This document shows, piece by piece, positions 1 through 12,754 of a stretch of 64,000 nucleotides of DNA (the stretch's first letter is position 1; each line of letters starts with the position of its first letter). The stretch spans positions 21,495,899 through 21,559,898 of the forward strand of contig JASCQW010000163.1 in NCBI GenBank assembly GCA_030264375.1. Reading direction: 5' to 3'. Position numbers and translations under genes: made by a program. The notes under the pieces were generated by a model. The model was not told the origin of the DNA and did no database searches. It saw nothing but the letters and a program-made list of their open reading frames with translations. The DNA is from Carcharhinus longimanus (Eukaryota).

Positions 1-530
1 GTCGATGATCCGGCATGTCTTGCAGAGGTTGCTGTGGCAGGGTTGTGTGGTGTTGTGGTCACTGTTCTCCTGAAGGCAGGGTAGTTTGCTGCGAGCAGTG
101 GTCTGTTTGAGGTTGTGCGGTTGTTTGAAAGCAAGAAGTGGGGGTGTGGGGATGGCCCTGTGAGATGTTCGTCTTCATCGATGATATGTTGAAGACTTTG
201 GAGAAGATGTCATAGCTTCTCTGCTCCAGGGAAGTACTGGATGACAAAGCGTACTCTGTCCAACCGTGTCCCGTGTTTGTCTTCTGAGGAGGTAGGTGCA
301 TTTTTTTTGCTGTGGCGCATCGGAACTGTCGATCGATGAGTTGAGCGCCATATCCTGCTCTTCTGAGGGCATCTTTCAGCATCTGGAGGTGTCTGTCACA
401 ATCCTCCTCATCTGAGCAGATCCTGTGTATACGGACGGCTTGTCCATAGGGGATGGCTTCTTTAATGTGTTTAGGATGGAAGCTGGAGAAGTGGAGCATG
501 GTGGTGATGTCTGTGGGTTTGTGGTATCTG
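1..530 (-). mobile_element. Penelope-like retroelement fragment (RT thumb + Cys-rich linker, Neptune-like), frameshifted; continues beyond window start
   Basis: YHKPTD..LHFSSFHPKHIKEAIPYGQAVRIHRICSDEE, then in shifted frames FVIQYFPGAEKL* and PLLAFKQPHNLKQ...QPCHSNLCKTC, typical of the region preceding GIY-YIG. Confidence 0.85.
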
Positions 531-1295
531 GCATCTGGCTGAAGCAGACAGATGTACATTCTTGCATCTGAGAAGACCTGCCTTATCTGGACAGTGTGAA
601 CAACCCTATTCAGAAAGAGGCTGTGAGGACCTGACTGCTAGTAACTTTTGCTGATAAGAACTTGCACGTTGTGTAGTTTCATCAAAAAATGTGATTAGTC
701 TCAATATGCCTCTTATCCCATTAGGCTTCGTGGTAACCTGCTTTTGACTAAAGTGTACAGATTTCTTTAACATACAGTTAAATACATTTTAAAAACCCAA
801 TATAAATGTTTTGAAATCAAATATTTGTTCAAATCTCATAGTTAAATCTCTTCCTATGTTCATACTGTTTTCATGTAGACAGTTCCCCTATTAAACTGTA
901 AGTCTGATCTGAAGCCATTTCACTTGGTGTTAGTATTTTACTAATAACTTAAATCCTTGATTATTTGAAATTTCTCTGACCTCCTAGGAATTTCTCCCAG
1001 CAGTTGACATTGGCTTCTATTTTTATATCTATGGGTCAGAAAAAGCATTGTTTCAAATTATAATGTGTATTTTATGAATACACAGCTTTTTATTTTACAG
1101 CTTTTCAAAAACTAATTGGTATCTCCAATATTACTTGAGTCTAAGTCATCACACTGAGTTGTGGCCTAAAAGTATTTATTGTACATTATAGCTCCNNNNN
1201 NNNNNNNNNNNNNNNNNNNNNNNNNNNNNNNNNNNNNNNNNNNNNNNNNNNNNNNNNNNNNNNNNNNNNNNNNNNNNNNNNNNNNNNNNNNNNNN

Positions 1296-1624
1296 ACCCC
1301 TCAAATATTCTCTAAAATATGCAGTTGATACTGATAAGCATGAAAGTGCATCCCTTTTGTTCCAAAGCCACGGTCTTGTTTATCCACAACATTTGTTTGT
1401 TGACTGATTTTGAAAAAGAGGCCTTACAATGTGCAGCAAAGGGATTGCTTTACTGGAAATTAGCACTTTCTCTATTGCCTGCTAATAAGTATGGCGAGGA
1501 AGCCTTTTTTTTTGTTTTGTTACCCCTCAAATATTCTCTAAAATATGCAGTTGATACTGATAAGCATGAAAGTGCATCCCTTTTGTTCCAAAGCCACGTT
1601 CTTGTTTATCCACAACATTTGTTT
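1296..1624. repeat. ~103-bp near-perfect direct duplication (1296-1398 / 1522-1624)
   Basis: acccctcaaatattctc...cacaacatttgttt occurs twice with one mismatch; abuts a 100-N gap. Confidence 0.9.
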
Positions 1625-2103
1625 TATGTGAATGGTGAGGCTATGTGAATTGAAAGCAAATGCAGTTGAGAAGCTTTTTTTTAAAAAGGAAATGGATTGG
1701 TGCTTAAAAACAATAATTGCATACCTTATTTATTTGCTGCTGACATGCTGTTCTGATGTTTACGGTTTACTGGAAGTTCACTGAAAGATCAGTTATTAAG
1801 AAGTAGTTTCACTATGAAATTCTAGGACTGAGTAGACTGGTGCACAAAGAAAATATGATCTTGAGAGAGTCGTCTTCAAAAGCTGATTGATCAGCTGGAT
1901 TCCAATTTGACATAAACTGTACAGGCAAAGAAAATTGTTCTTTATTAATCTTCTGTGACTGATTTATTACTTACACAGTTCCATAGCATTACAAAACTGG
2001 GCTACATATTAAACAACAGTCTTTACAACTATTAGAATTGTTAGTTTTACTGTTGTTCCAAATCAAATTGCTATGCATGTGAAGTTTTTAAGAAATGTTT
2101 GTT

Positions 2104-2242
2104 TATTAGTGTTGCAAGTAGGCTGATATTAACTCTGCAATGAAGTTACTGTGAAAACCCCTCAGTTGCCACCTGTGCCTGTTTGGGTACACTGAGTGAG
2201 AAATTAACATGGCCAGTGCACCTAACCAGCACATCTTTGAGA
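2104..2242 (-). mobile_element. V-SINE/HE1-like SINE, 3' half, tail type B
   Basis: Reverse complement matches the 3' half of the 3257-3533 copy. Confidence 0.8.
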
Positions 2243-2794
2243 CATATAGAAACTTAGATAACCTAAGTAAGTTAGTACGCAATAGAAGCTTAGCTATTTG
2301 CTCGTCTCCAGTTTGAATTGAAGCTTCTACGTTATGCAAATAATTTGTTTGCACTTAAACTTACATCAATGCACCTTGTACTTTTTTTAAACTCTCTCCA
2401 CTCAGTGTGTTAATAGCATTTTTTTCAACATTTTTATGCAAAGCACTCAGTCAATTTTGTCTGGCTGGGGAAAGTTCAGGAGATATTGCGTATATTTATT
2501 CGTGTTTCATAGTTTATCTCACATGTAACCAATAATCACAAAGGTACTGTAGAAAAGATTTAGGAGAAGTTAAACTAAAATGTTAAACATTTAATGCAAA
2601 TTGTACAGATGAAAGATTGTCTTTGCAGTGTGTTTCTATACATCTCCTGTGAATGTGAAAGGGCTCGTGACTAGCTTGAAAATGGAATTTATAACATTTA
2701 AATAGATCACCTCATTTTAAAAGGACAAAATTACTGTTGTACAGTTCAGTATGTTGTGGTTATTTTATGCAAGATTTTTCTCTTTCGTGCACAG

Positions 2795-3004
2795 GAATTA
2801 CACCACCGTCAGGAAGAACAGGACTTTCCCAATTAAGACCAGTTGCTACTGGTAGAGCAATTCCAAATATTAGTTATAATCCCTCTCAAGTGAATTCATC
2901 TGTAGCGAATGTTTCTACAAGTTCAAGTGGGCAAAAGTTGTTGCAGAGAAATTCTCCAAAACCTCTTCAAACAACTCCGATCCTTAACCATGCCAGTGGA
3001 ATAG
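2795..3004 (+). CDS. ZNF280D: ZNF280D exon (210 nt, phase 1-1), S/P/T-rich: GITPPSGRTG...NHASGI
   Basis: Acceptor tctctttcgtgcacag|G, donor ATAG|gtaaaa. Open frame, phase-compatible with the next exon. Confidence 0.75.
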
Positions 3005-3256
3005 GTAAAAATAAGATGTATCTCAAATATCCTCTGTATTATTTCAGAGTGCTGCTCCTAAATGGAACCATATGACTTGTATTCGTGCATGGTTGCTGCT
3101 TTTTCCTCCTCTCTCAGGCTGTGAATATGATTTAAGTTCATGACCTGCATTCTGAAATCAGTAAATGCAGTTAACATCCCTGTTTCATTCCACTTGAGCT
3201 TTGTGTAAATAATCTAATTTAAGGTGCTGATTAAAACGTCTTCTTAATCAAGTGGA

Positions 3257-3533
3257 ACAGTGGTTAGCACTGCTTCCTCACAGCACTAGGGACCCAGATT
3301 CAATTCCTGGTTTGAGTCGCTGTCTGTGTGGAGTCTGCATGTTCTCCCCATGACTGCATGGGTTTTCTCCAGGTGCTCCAGCATCCTCCCACAGTCTGAA
3401 AGACATTGCATTGGCCGTGCTAAATTCTCCCTCAGTGTATCCAAACAGGTGCCAGAGTGTGAGTGATTAGGGGATTTTCACAGTAACTTCATTGCAGTAC
3501 TAATGTAAGCTCACTTGTGACACTAATAAATAA
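3257..3533 (+). mobile_element. tRNA-derived V-SINE/HE1-like SINE, tail type B
   Basis: Head cagtggttagcactgc...caattcc, core ttctccaggtgctcc, tail cagtaacttcattgcag...cttgtgacactaataaataaa. Confidence 0.9.
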
Positions 3534-3888
3534 AGTTCAGTGTTTAGCTGCCTGTCATTATATCTCATATGTTGGTGTGGTGTCACATTTATCTGATTAC
3601 ACTCCTATGAAGCAGTTTGCGACATTTTTATTTTGTTGAAAGTGCTATATAAATGCAAATTGTTGAACTTCAAAGAAGTCCAGTGATGAACAGTATAAAA
3701 TTTGCCTACCATGACCACTTGAAAGCAATAAAATTCTCAAAGTATAATTTTTGTGTTTGGTTGTTTGAAATTTTGCAGAGGTGTTTTGAACTATTGGGTG
3801 AAGTGTTGGTAAATGTTGTAACCCTTGTTTAGAATGCTGATGGCTGACTTTCTGGAGGCCTTTAATATTGCAAGTGTATATATTAACA

Positions 3889-4176
3889 TGTTAGCTCTGC
3901 TGCCTTACAGCGCCAGGACCCGAGTTCAATTTTGGCTTTGGGTGACTGTCCATGTGGAGTTTGCACATGCTCCCCTTGTCTGTGTGGGGTTCCTCGGGGT
4001 GCTCCAGTTTCCTCCCACAATCCAAAGATGTACACATTAGGTGGATTGGCCATGTTAAATTGGGGGATTAATAGGGTAAATATATGGGGTATGGGGAATA
4101 GGACCTGGATGGGATTATTGTCGGTGCACACTCTTTGGGCAAATTGGCCTCCTGCATTGTGGAGATCCTATGATTA
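3889..4176 (+). mobile_element. HE1-like V-SINE, tail type A (CR1-like tail)
   Basis: Same head and core; tail ggcctcctgcattgtggagatcctatga. Confidence 0.9.
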
Positions 4177-4184
4177 TAAGCATT

Positions 4185-5906
4185 TGCTATTACAAGTCCC
4201 CAAAACTCTTTTATCCCTTGACCTGGCTTTAGCTCTGTCAGTTTGCATGGTGACTATTTTAATGGCCAGTTCACTGCTTTGATCAGACATCTGCTGAAAT
4301 TTTGTCTGTTTTCCAATGTCCACTTGAAACCAAGTATTTGAGACAAACAATGATTTTTTTTCATCTGATCTAACTCCTGAACTTCTGTTGAATTCCTTTT
4401 CCCATTTGTTCAGGTGGTCACAGAATTTGTTTGAATGGAATCCTTTTGTTTGATCTGTTGTTTAAGTCTTTCCAGATTTGCAAAGTGCTCAGTAATTTTG
4501 TCCTTTTGAGTTTAAACACATTCACTGCACTGACCACGTGTCACAATTGTCTTCCTCTCTGTGGTTCAGGGTTCAGTTCAGTGAATTTGGCACCCATGTT
4601 CATAAGAAACGCTGAGTCTAGCAACCACTCATTATCTGACAGCATGCTGTCCCACCTCATTTCTTCGCTTAAGAAAAGTGACAATTTCTGGGAGCAGATC
4701 TCAAATCTCTGGAGGACTTTTCCTCAACTTAACCACCTCATATCTGCACCAAGAATTAGTTCACCGTACATGGCATGAAGCTCATTGAATCATCATTTGA
4801 ACAAGTAATGTTGCAGAATTCAACATGAATTGACTTGACAATTTTCACAACTGTCACACATGAGAAAATCTTGCTAGCTGGTGCTTGGTGTATAATGCAG
4901 TGGTAATTGACAAAGGAAGAGAATTCAGGATAATTTCTGCCAAGTGCAACGAAGCCTGCATTAACAGTCAGTATTGACGGTTCACCATCAATTGTGATTG
5001 AAACCAGTTTTTTGTTTGGAATATTTTTCTCAGTCACCAACTTGTGTAAACTTGTTGTAGACATCGATACCTCTTGTCTCTTGAGTGGCAAGAGTGAGGA
5101 AGCCCTCCTGTGTTGTTGCATTTTTGTTTTCATTCACATGACATTGAATCAGCAGGGTCATATCCATCATGTCTGTTGACTGATCAAATTGTAGTGAGAA
5201 ACATTCACAGCACAAGTCGTGGTGTATTTGCTGAGAGACATCCTCAGTCAACAATTCCACCCTTCTAGCTACTGTTAAAGCACCAAGCAGTATGCTCTTG
5301 ATGACTGCCATATTTCACAAAACATGAAAATGTTGGCAGTAGCTATCATCGCCTCTTTGATAACTTTGCCATTGGTGAATGATTTCTTACATTTTTGCCA
5401 GCAGATGGCTTAATACAAAAAGATGCTTCTTTGCTAGCCTTTCCTTGAGCCTTTTTTCACAGGGTTTGAAAAGAGTGGCAGCTGAGCTTGCAACGTTCCC
5501 TTTTAACTTCCAACCTTTTGTCCGAATGGAGCTGTTTAAAGAGAAATTTTCTTGACGTTTTGCATGCATTGTCTTGTGATGCTATTGCAAATTACCCCTT
5601 ACTCAAGGCAATCTTCCTTTGACAAATGAGACAAAAGGTCTTGCCTTAGACATTTGTAAAAATAAATTTGTTTGCCCTTTTCTGGTAGGAATGGTAGGTT
5701 TTTGCCCTCTTGGAGGACCCTAGCTCCTTTTTCTTTATTTTGTCTTTAACCAGCTGAGTCCACATTTTGGTGCCTGCAGTCAGTGAGCTGGTTTGCTTGT
5801 TATCACAAGAAGCCCGAGTCTTGCACATTCTCAGCAGCCAATGACAATCGACTTTGAAACTCCAGGATCAACCTGCCAGTCGCAATTGACTAATTGTAGA
5901 CCACTG
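4185..5906 (-). mobile_element. Decayed hAT transposon (Buster/GTF2IRD2-like transposase), 3'-truncated
   Basis: Broken frames give TVARRVE, FSLQFDQSTD, KLVSITIDGEP, YHCIIHQ and MRWLS*GKVLQRF. TIR-like CAGTGGTCTACAA on the minus strand from 5906, flanked by ctgTAggt. Confidence 0.88.
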
Positions 5907-6425
5907 CTGTAGGTAACAGGTGGTGAGGAGATAGGAGGGTGACAGTGTTGGTGCTCTGCTACTGAAATTTGACCTGATTCAGGTTGGCAGGCTATCCCAC
6001 ATGGAAACTTCAAATCAGCCTTGGGAACAGCAGAGATGTTAACCCTGCTAATTGGTACTCCCTCAGGACCTGCATTTCTCCATGTGGGTCATCTCCATTC
6101 AGGGAACTAAGTATCAATTGTTTTCCCATGTCTAATAATATAAATGTTTCATTTCATGGAAATGGTTGTTTTCTAACAACTTAAGTGAATACTAAGTGGA
6201 ATATTTCCTCTTTCTCCCCACAAACCCTAACTATTCCTCCTTTAAGTAGAAAATTTATAATTTCCTAATGTGAACGGGAATTTACTGAACTATATGATCA
6301 GGTTATTTAATGTAATTCACGGTCTAAAAATATAATGGTAACGTGTTTTTCATTAAAGTCAATGAATTTGATAATTTAATGTATCTTTAACTGCTATAAT
6401 GAACCATTTATTTTCTTCTCCTTAG

Positions 6426-6605
6426 CAAATACAGCCCAGAGCACGAATGTCAGCAACAAGCGCCCAGCCATCTGTGAGATGAATAATGTTTCTTCAAAGA
6501 AATCAAAAAGCATTGAAGTTGGATCAGGAAGCAGTCCATCCATTTTATCACCATCTTCAACCAGTTGTCCTGCAGTGGTGTCATCATATAACAATGCATC
6601 AAAAG
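6426..6605 (+). CDS. ZNF280D: ZNF280D exon (180 nt, 1-1): ANTAQSTNVSNKRPAICEMNNVSSKKSKS...NNASK
   Basis: Acceptor ttttcttctccttag|C, donor AAAG|gtaatt. KRP...KK.K bipartite NLS-like motif as in ZNF280 proteins. Confidence 0.85.
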
Positions 6606-6959
6606 GTAATTATAAAATCAAACTCAGCTATTTACATTCAAAGAAAACATTGCACAAGGCCATCAGTGGTTCATTGGATACAAATGATATTTCATCTTTG
6701 GACTTCTGATACACTTAGTTCCTTCGCTCTTGCATCCTCCATAGTTTGCAGGGTTCAGCTCAAGGTATTTCCATTTCTATCACACCACTATTTAGAGCCA
6801 GCACCTCCTTTTCCCTATGGTTATAATAATCACTTTCCGCTATTTCTTAAAATACAGTATTGAGTATTAACTTATTATTTTACAAGGTGTGTTTTATTTT
6901 TGCAAAATTGTCAAAGCTTCAAGCACTTGCATAGTAGCTGTAGTTGAATATTGGTGGAC

Positions 6960-7500
6960 AGTATTTACCCAAGGTGCCACTCTTGCAATTTGGCAGGGTT
7001 TATTTTCAGCAAGGGTTGTATGGCTGGAAAAGGTTATGTAGCCAAGGACAGGATTTGAATTTTAAATTTGAGGTGTTGTCCAGATCATGGTTGGTCAGTT
7101 TGCAGAAGGATGATGAGTAATGGAATTTTGGATGAGGGTAAAGAGTATAAGGTTAGCCAGGTGAATATTGAAATAATTTTGTCTGTAGTTAAGTATCAGA
7201 TGAAATGAAGCAGGATGGAATTGGATGATGTTACAGGATGTCAATAGGAAGGTAATCTTCGTAATGGAGAGGATGTGTGTTCAAAGCTCAGCTCTGCATC
7301 AAATTGGGCACAGAGACTGTGAATAGTGTCTAGGGAGAGGGGTTGGTATTTATAGTAAAAGTGCAAAGTTTGTGACAGAGGCTGAAAGTGTAATAGCTTT
7401 GGTCTTCCCAGTGGAGGAAATTGCACCTCATTCAGGATTAAATGTCAGATAACAGCAATTGGATGGGTTGAGACAGGTGGCATCATGGAGCTATCAATGT
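6960..7500 (-). mobile_element. Highly decayed L2-like LINE fragment
   Basis: Purine-rich tract resembling antisense shark L2 sequence; no intact motif. Confidence 0.4.
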
Positions 7501-7944
7501 TAAGAAGAATTACATTTTCTTCGTGTTTTCGTAGATTTTAAACTAACAGTATTTTATCATGGTGTAAGAGCTGGATAATGATGTTTGAGGCCTAATTCAA
7601 ATACGTGGTTGGAGCAGACTGTCAAACTGTCAGCATGATAAATGATCCCCTTCCTGGGCCTAGCACTACACTAATGACAATTTCAGCTAAAACAAAATGT
7701 AATCCCTGGAATTTCTGAAGAGATGTATCTTTTATATTTGTATAAATGATTATACAAAAGAATGAAGATTTTGGGGAAAGCAGAAAAAGTTGAATAAATG
7801 ATCAAACTTTAATTTTGTGTAAATATTAAATATCCACTGAGGTTTCAGTGGATATTCTAAAATGTTTTGCCAAGCCATAGGTAAAATAACGTTACAGATC
7901 CTACATCCATAAAACCCAGTGTGCAGTAGTTTTATAAAGATCCG

Positions 7945-8160
7945 AAGAAATAGGAGCAGGAGTAAGTTTTTCACCCCTTGAACCTGCTCCACTATTTGAT
8001 AAGATAATAGCTGATCTGATTGTGACCTGAGCTCCATTTTGCTGCCTGAGCCCCATAACAGTTAATCAAAAACTGGCCTCAATTACAGTAGGAACAACAA
8101 GATGTAGACTTGAGTATATTCAGTGACCCAGCTTTGACTGCTTTGTGTGGAAGATAATTT
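7945..8160 (-). mobile_element. CR1 LINE 3' fragment
   Basis: gaaataggagcaggagta...cccttgaacctgctcc is the reverse complement of a CR1 3' tail. Confidence 0.75.
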
Positions 8161-8384
8161 ATTTTCACTTGTGTATATACACAAATAGATAAGAGAGGCT
8201 TTAGGAATGAAAACAGAAAATTCTGGAGCGAGAAACAGCGTTAACGGATGGCACTTTTTTCTAAGTGTACAGCTAGCCTAAAAATGGGAAAGCTTCAGAT
8301 TTGTTTTTGGGTGAGTTTTCACACCCAATCTTATGCACTCTATCTAAAAAGATGGGTTAATTAGTTTGTATGATATGGAGATGC

Positions 8385-8478
8385 TGGTGTTAGAGTGTGG
8401 TAAACACAGTAAGAAATCTTGTGGGTTTCCTATCAAATAAACTTGTTTGACTTTAACCTGGTGTTGAGATTTCTTACT
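8385..8478. mobile_element. Collapsed palindromic repeat (probably Penelope-type terminal repeat)
   Basis: ggagatgctggtgtt...agtaagaaatct and its inverted counterpart gactttaacctggtgttgagatttcttact. Confidence 0.5.
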
Positions 8479-8479
8479 T

Positions 8480-9065
8480 AATTAGTTTCTCGCTAGAGAG
8501 GCTATGGGTGGAGCTTAACTCACCAATGAGCCTGTGGAGGGGTATTGTCTGTGTGCAGACTTCTGATGCTGTACATGAGCATTAACAGCAGCAGGGGTCC
8601 GACAAACAGAGTTAGTTGTCAGGCCGCTGCTACTGCAGGCAGCCTCAACTAACTCCTTCCGTTCCCTTCTCCACTGATTTGCGTGCAGATTGGCAGTGGG
8701 CACTGCCTGGTAGGATTGCCCAGGTGCCAAAGTGGCACTGCCAGTCCAGCACTACCCAGGGGACACCCCCGCCTTGCCCTCAGCCCTCCAGGGGCTTCAG
8801 TGGCCCCTGGTTCTATTGGCAAGGCTAACACAGCTGTTGCCCATTCATGGGGGCAAGTGCTTTCTTCGCCAGAGAAAACCTCTCCTGATGAGGCTATAAA
8901 GGCGAGCAAGCCCGGACAGTTGAATGCTGGGCTTGCCAGGCTCATTGAAACCAACGTTTAAATAAATGAATCTGACTGCGCTGGAAATCCAAGTGTCGTA
9001 AAATCACAACAGGCACCGTTCGTGCTAGCCACTTTACGCCTGATTTTATGACATTGTCCCACCAC
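8480..9065. mobile_element. GC-rich non-autonomous repeat (MITE-like), unclassified
   Basis: Abrupt GC-rich island with ggcagtgggcactgcc/gtggcactgcc internal palindromes; no credible coding. Confidence 0.4.
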
Positions 9066-9229
9066 AAAGTGAGCATAAAGAGTCATAAAGCATTTCGCAT
9101 CTATAAGACCCATCTACATACCTCCACAGATGCTGCCAGACCTGCTGAATTTATCCAGCATTTTCTGTTTTTATTTTGGATTTACAGCAACTGCAGTATT
9201 TTGCTTTTATTAGAAAGGCTTTTGTGCTC

Positions 9230-9510
9230 ATTGCATCCCTGAAGAGATCAAACCTCCCCATTGATTGCAGCGAGATCCTGGCTCATGACTAACAAAAATG
9301 GGGAACGTGCATTCGGGAAGACGTAGAACACATCGAGATGCTTCATTGGAAGCAAGCTGAGGTGAAGTTAAGGGGTCAGGGAGAGTATCTCTCATCATTC
9401 AAACATCACTCGCCTCGCATGTTTCAGAGTCTATAGACCACATATTGGATGTAGCAACCATTGAACCAGAGAGGAAGGAATCTTCCTTGATCCCGAAAGA
9501 CTGCCTAATA
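9230..9510 (+). mobile_element. RTE-clade LINE C-terminal fragment
   Basis: Translates as EILAHD*QKWGTCIREDVEHIEMLHWKQAEVK, like the RTE ORF C-terminus (W..LA.DR..WR..I..G). Confidence 0.6.
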
Positions 9511-11572
9511 ATCCCAGCTACTGTTAATACCGGACAAGTCAGATCACAAATTGAAACCTGATTTGCTAGATCCTAACTTTTTTTATAGAAACCGTGGAAG
9601 AAAGTTACTGCAGCAATTCACAGGCACCTGCTGATGTACTTTTAATACAAATTATAAAATAGTTATTAAAACAAAGTGAACTGTATTACACCAGACAACA
9701 AAGTTGTATTGAAAAGATCTCAATACAAGCACAAGACAATGATTCAGATTCTCACTCATCCTTTACCATAGCAATATCAGGACACGCACACAAACCAGGT
9801 AAGTCATCACTTGCTTGACGCATAGGCTTCTTGCTTGGGGCAGTCCTAGTTGCAAATGGTTTTCTTCCAGTGAATTCCTAAGTGTTCACTTCTCAACCAA
9901 GTTATATGCCTCCCTGAGATAGCCAAGAACTGCACTCGAAACTGTCTTCAGTTGGAGGGCAAACAGATGAGTTTTCTAAGCTGTTTTACAGTGAGCTAAA
10001 ATGATCACTTTCCTAAAACCCATGACTGATTTGATTATTCAGTTAATTACTATCCCATTTGCCTTGCAGGTTTTCTTCTTAAAGCTTCAGATCACTCTCT
10101 TCTCTCACTCAGCCCCCACCCCCAACACAACGCATGCATGCACACTGAACTCCTCTGTCTTTTCTGTGTCTGTGTCACTGGATCAATGTTGCTAGGCAAC
10201 CATAACACTTTTTTTTATTTTCTCCCTTTTTCATTCCCTGAACTTGCAATCTATTTTAACCCATCTCTTTAACTTCAGCGGTTGCGAGACCTCATTAAAA
10301 AATGTATGAATACAAACAAAAGACTTGAAACGTTTTAGTTGCAGGTTAAAAGGCTCACAAACAAAACCCAGACAAAACTGAAATGACTTTAAAACCTTTT
10401 TAATGCACGAATATATAAATTCAGCTTCAATCTGTACATTATTTCTGACCAGGAAAAGGAGAGATGCATTCAAGGAAAACGAGACAAACTTTTAAGGGCA
10501 TAAATGGTTATAAAATGATAGATTTAGATGAGTAAAGGTGTGAGATGGCTTAAGTGGAGCACGAACACTAGCAGGTACTGCATGAAAAGAATGGCTTGTT
10601 TCTGTGCCCTTTTCTAATTTCAAATTTTTCATTGCTTGCATAATTTGTTGTCAGCCATGTGCACTTTCATACTTTGAAATGAACTGAGATATCACATAAG
10701 CAAATAGAAGATTCCAGGTTGAATTTTGGACTTATCAACAGTGATCACTTAAGTGAGACTGTTTATATATTATTATCTGCCTAAGTTATAGTTAGCAGAA
10801 TGATTGGATGATGTCAGCAGTCATCCTGTCCAAAGACCTGCAAGAAGTAGGTAATTATAAATTTTAGGTGCCTGTATCTCTGAAATGTGGATCAAATGTG
10901 TTATATCAGCAGTGGATTTTCCTGCTGCAAAAAAGCTGCAGTGATAACTCAGTTTTTGGTTTTAGTTTATTTTTTGATCAAGTGCTAGCCCCAAATCTTT
11001 TTTAGAGATGTATGACACTTTATCCGCAAAAAACTAATGCGTTGTAAGGTACCTGCTCTTGTACAGAACCAAATGTAGCTTTGTATTTGCCGTTGATGAC
11101 TTTTTCCATCTTCAACAGCAAGAATGAAATCGAAATGGATTACCACACATTCTTTGAAAATAGGTGTGGAGTCTTGATTGTCAGTATTTTTCACCCCTGA
11201 AGACACTTGCAGCACCCTGTGTCCTTTAGCTTATAGTTAAACAGGTAGTGTTAGAATTTTGTTTTAATTTAGCCAGCAGCTCTGTCATGGATGTTGCTTT
11301 AAAGAATTTTGCTATTGCTTTGTATGTTAATACGGCAGGTTTTTGCATTTATGCTGAATGTTCAAGTGCTTAAAAATTGAGCTAAGTTGGAAGTGAGTTT
11401 TGCTTATATTCTGTAGAAAATTATATTTGTAAGACTTTGAGAGAAACAGTATTATTGATGGAATAATTCAAATCTGAAAAACATGTCAGTCATTTTGTTT
11501 CTACCAGTGCTATGGTATAATTGTGTTTTTATTAGCATGTTTCACAGTATTTCTCAGGAACTTTATAAATGG

Positions 11573-11869
11573 ATGGCACAGTGTGGCCAGCATTGTTGCC
11601 TTAGGACGCCACAGACCTGGGTTCAATTCCAGCCTCAGGCACCTGTATGGATTTTGCGTGTTCTCCCCGTGTCTGCATGGGTTTCCTCCAACACTAGAAA
11701 AATGTGTGGGTTAGGTTTATTGGCCATGCTAAATTGACTCTTAGTGTCAGGGGGATTAGTAGGGTAAATACATGGGGTTAAAGGGGTAGGGCTTGGGGGG
11801 GTCGGGGTTATCGTCAGTGCTGGCTCAGTTGGCTGAATGGCCTCTTTCTGCACTGTAGTGATTCTATGA
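11573..11869 (+). mobile_element. HE1-like V-SINE, tail A
   Basis: tggcacagtg...gggttcaattcc head; tail ggcctctttctgcactgtagtgattctatga. Confidence 0.9.
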
Positions 11870-12387
11870 ATGAATTATTGTTGACGTAAAGTGAATTTTG
11901 TTGGATGAAAATTTGGCAACCATTCTGTACCAGCAACATTCAGTAATTATGCAGTGAACATTAAGTCAATGTAACGTGTTCATCAGGGCACTGACAAGAC
12001 CTTTTTTCTCATTTTGATTTCCCATGTTTTGCTGTTTGTTAATGATTATCAAAGCTTGCTATGTTAGAACATATTTCTTCATGTTCTCAATTGTGCTGCA
12101 GTGACATGGCAGGAACAACAGTAAAAGCCAAATATAAAGTGAAGTTGACGTTTGAGCTATAATACTGGTTTAAATTTCCTCAGAGGAATGAGGGGCTAAT
12201 GGGCTGCGTGCTGAAAAGGAGATTTGTGTATTTTTTTTCCACTGAAACTATGTTTGTAGATAATTGTGCAGCCATATGATGAGTAGATTATGTCAGTTCC
12301 ACTCATCCCCTTTTAACTGTTGAGGACCTAGGTCAGCTGAGCATTTCATTTTGGGTTGGTATTTAAACAATGTAATTATTTTGACAG

Positions 12388-12488
12388 GATCGCAAAGTGA
12401 TATTAAGAATGGAGTTCCATTCCCAAGGGCTTGTCCAAAGTGCAATATTCACTTTAATGTCTTGGACTCTTTACGGCAGCATATGGTT
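12388..12488 (+). CDS. ZNF280D: ZNF280D exon (101 nt, 1-0): GSQSDIKNGVPFPRACPKCNIHFNVLDSLRQHMV
   Basis: ttgacag|GA ... GTT|gtaagt. Family-typical FPRACPKC finger. Confidence 0.95.
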
Positions 12489-12754
12489 GTAAGTATTTTG
12501 ATAATGATGATTTTATTCAACAAGGAATAAGAAGTATTACTGTTACAATTTGAGACTGTACATGCAAATAATTGAACATGAACTATATTTAAAAGAAATA
12601 ACCATGATCATGAACCTTTTTAATTCCTGAACATTTTGCTCCAGTGGCATTTTGTTTGTTTAAACTTGCTTTATGCTCTACCACTAAAACATGATCATAT
12701 TATTATTCACCTGAGGAACTCAGATAATAACACAATTTGTTTGTTCCTGTTGAG

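Noticed and set aside
3257-3330. tRNA genes at the SINE heads
   Set aside because: A/B boxes continue into SINE core and tail; no complete cloverleaf.
8515-8961. Cluster of ORFs in a GC-rich island (also 17431-17961)
   Set aside because: Stop-poor because of GC content; repeat-like, with no splice-compatible or recognisable protein.
12504-12630. C/D snoRNA (ATGATGA ... CTGA) in the short intron
   Set aside because: No terminal stem, too close to the 5' splice site, and the background is AT-rich.
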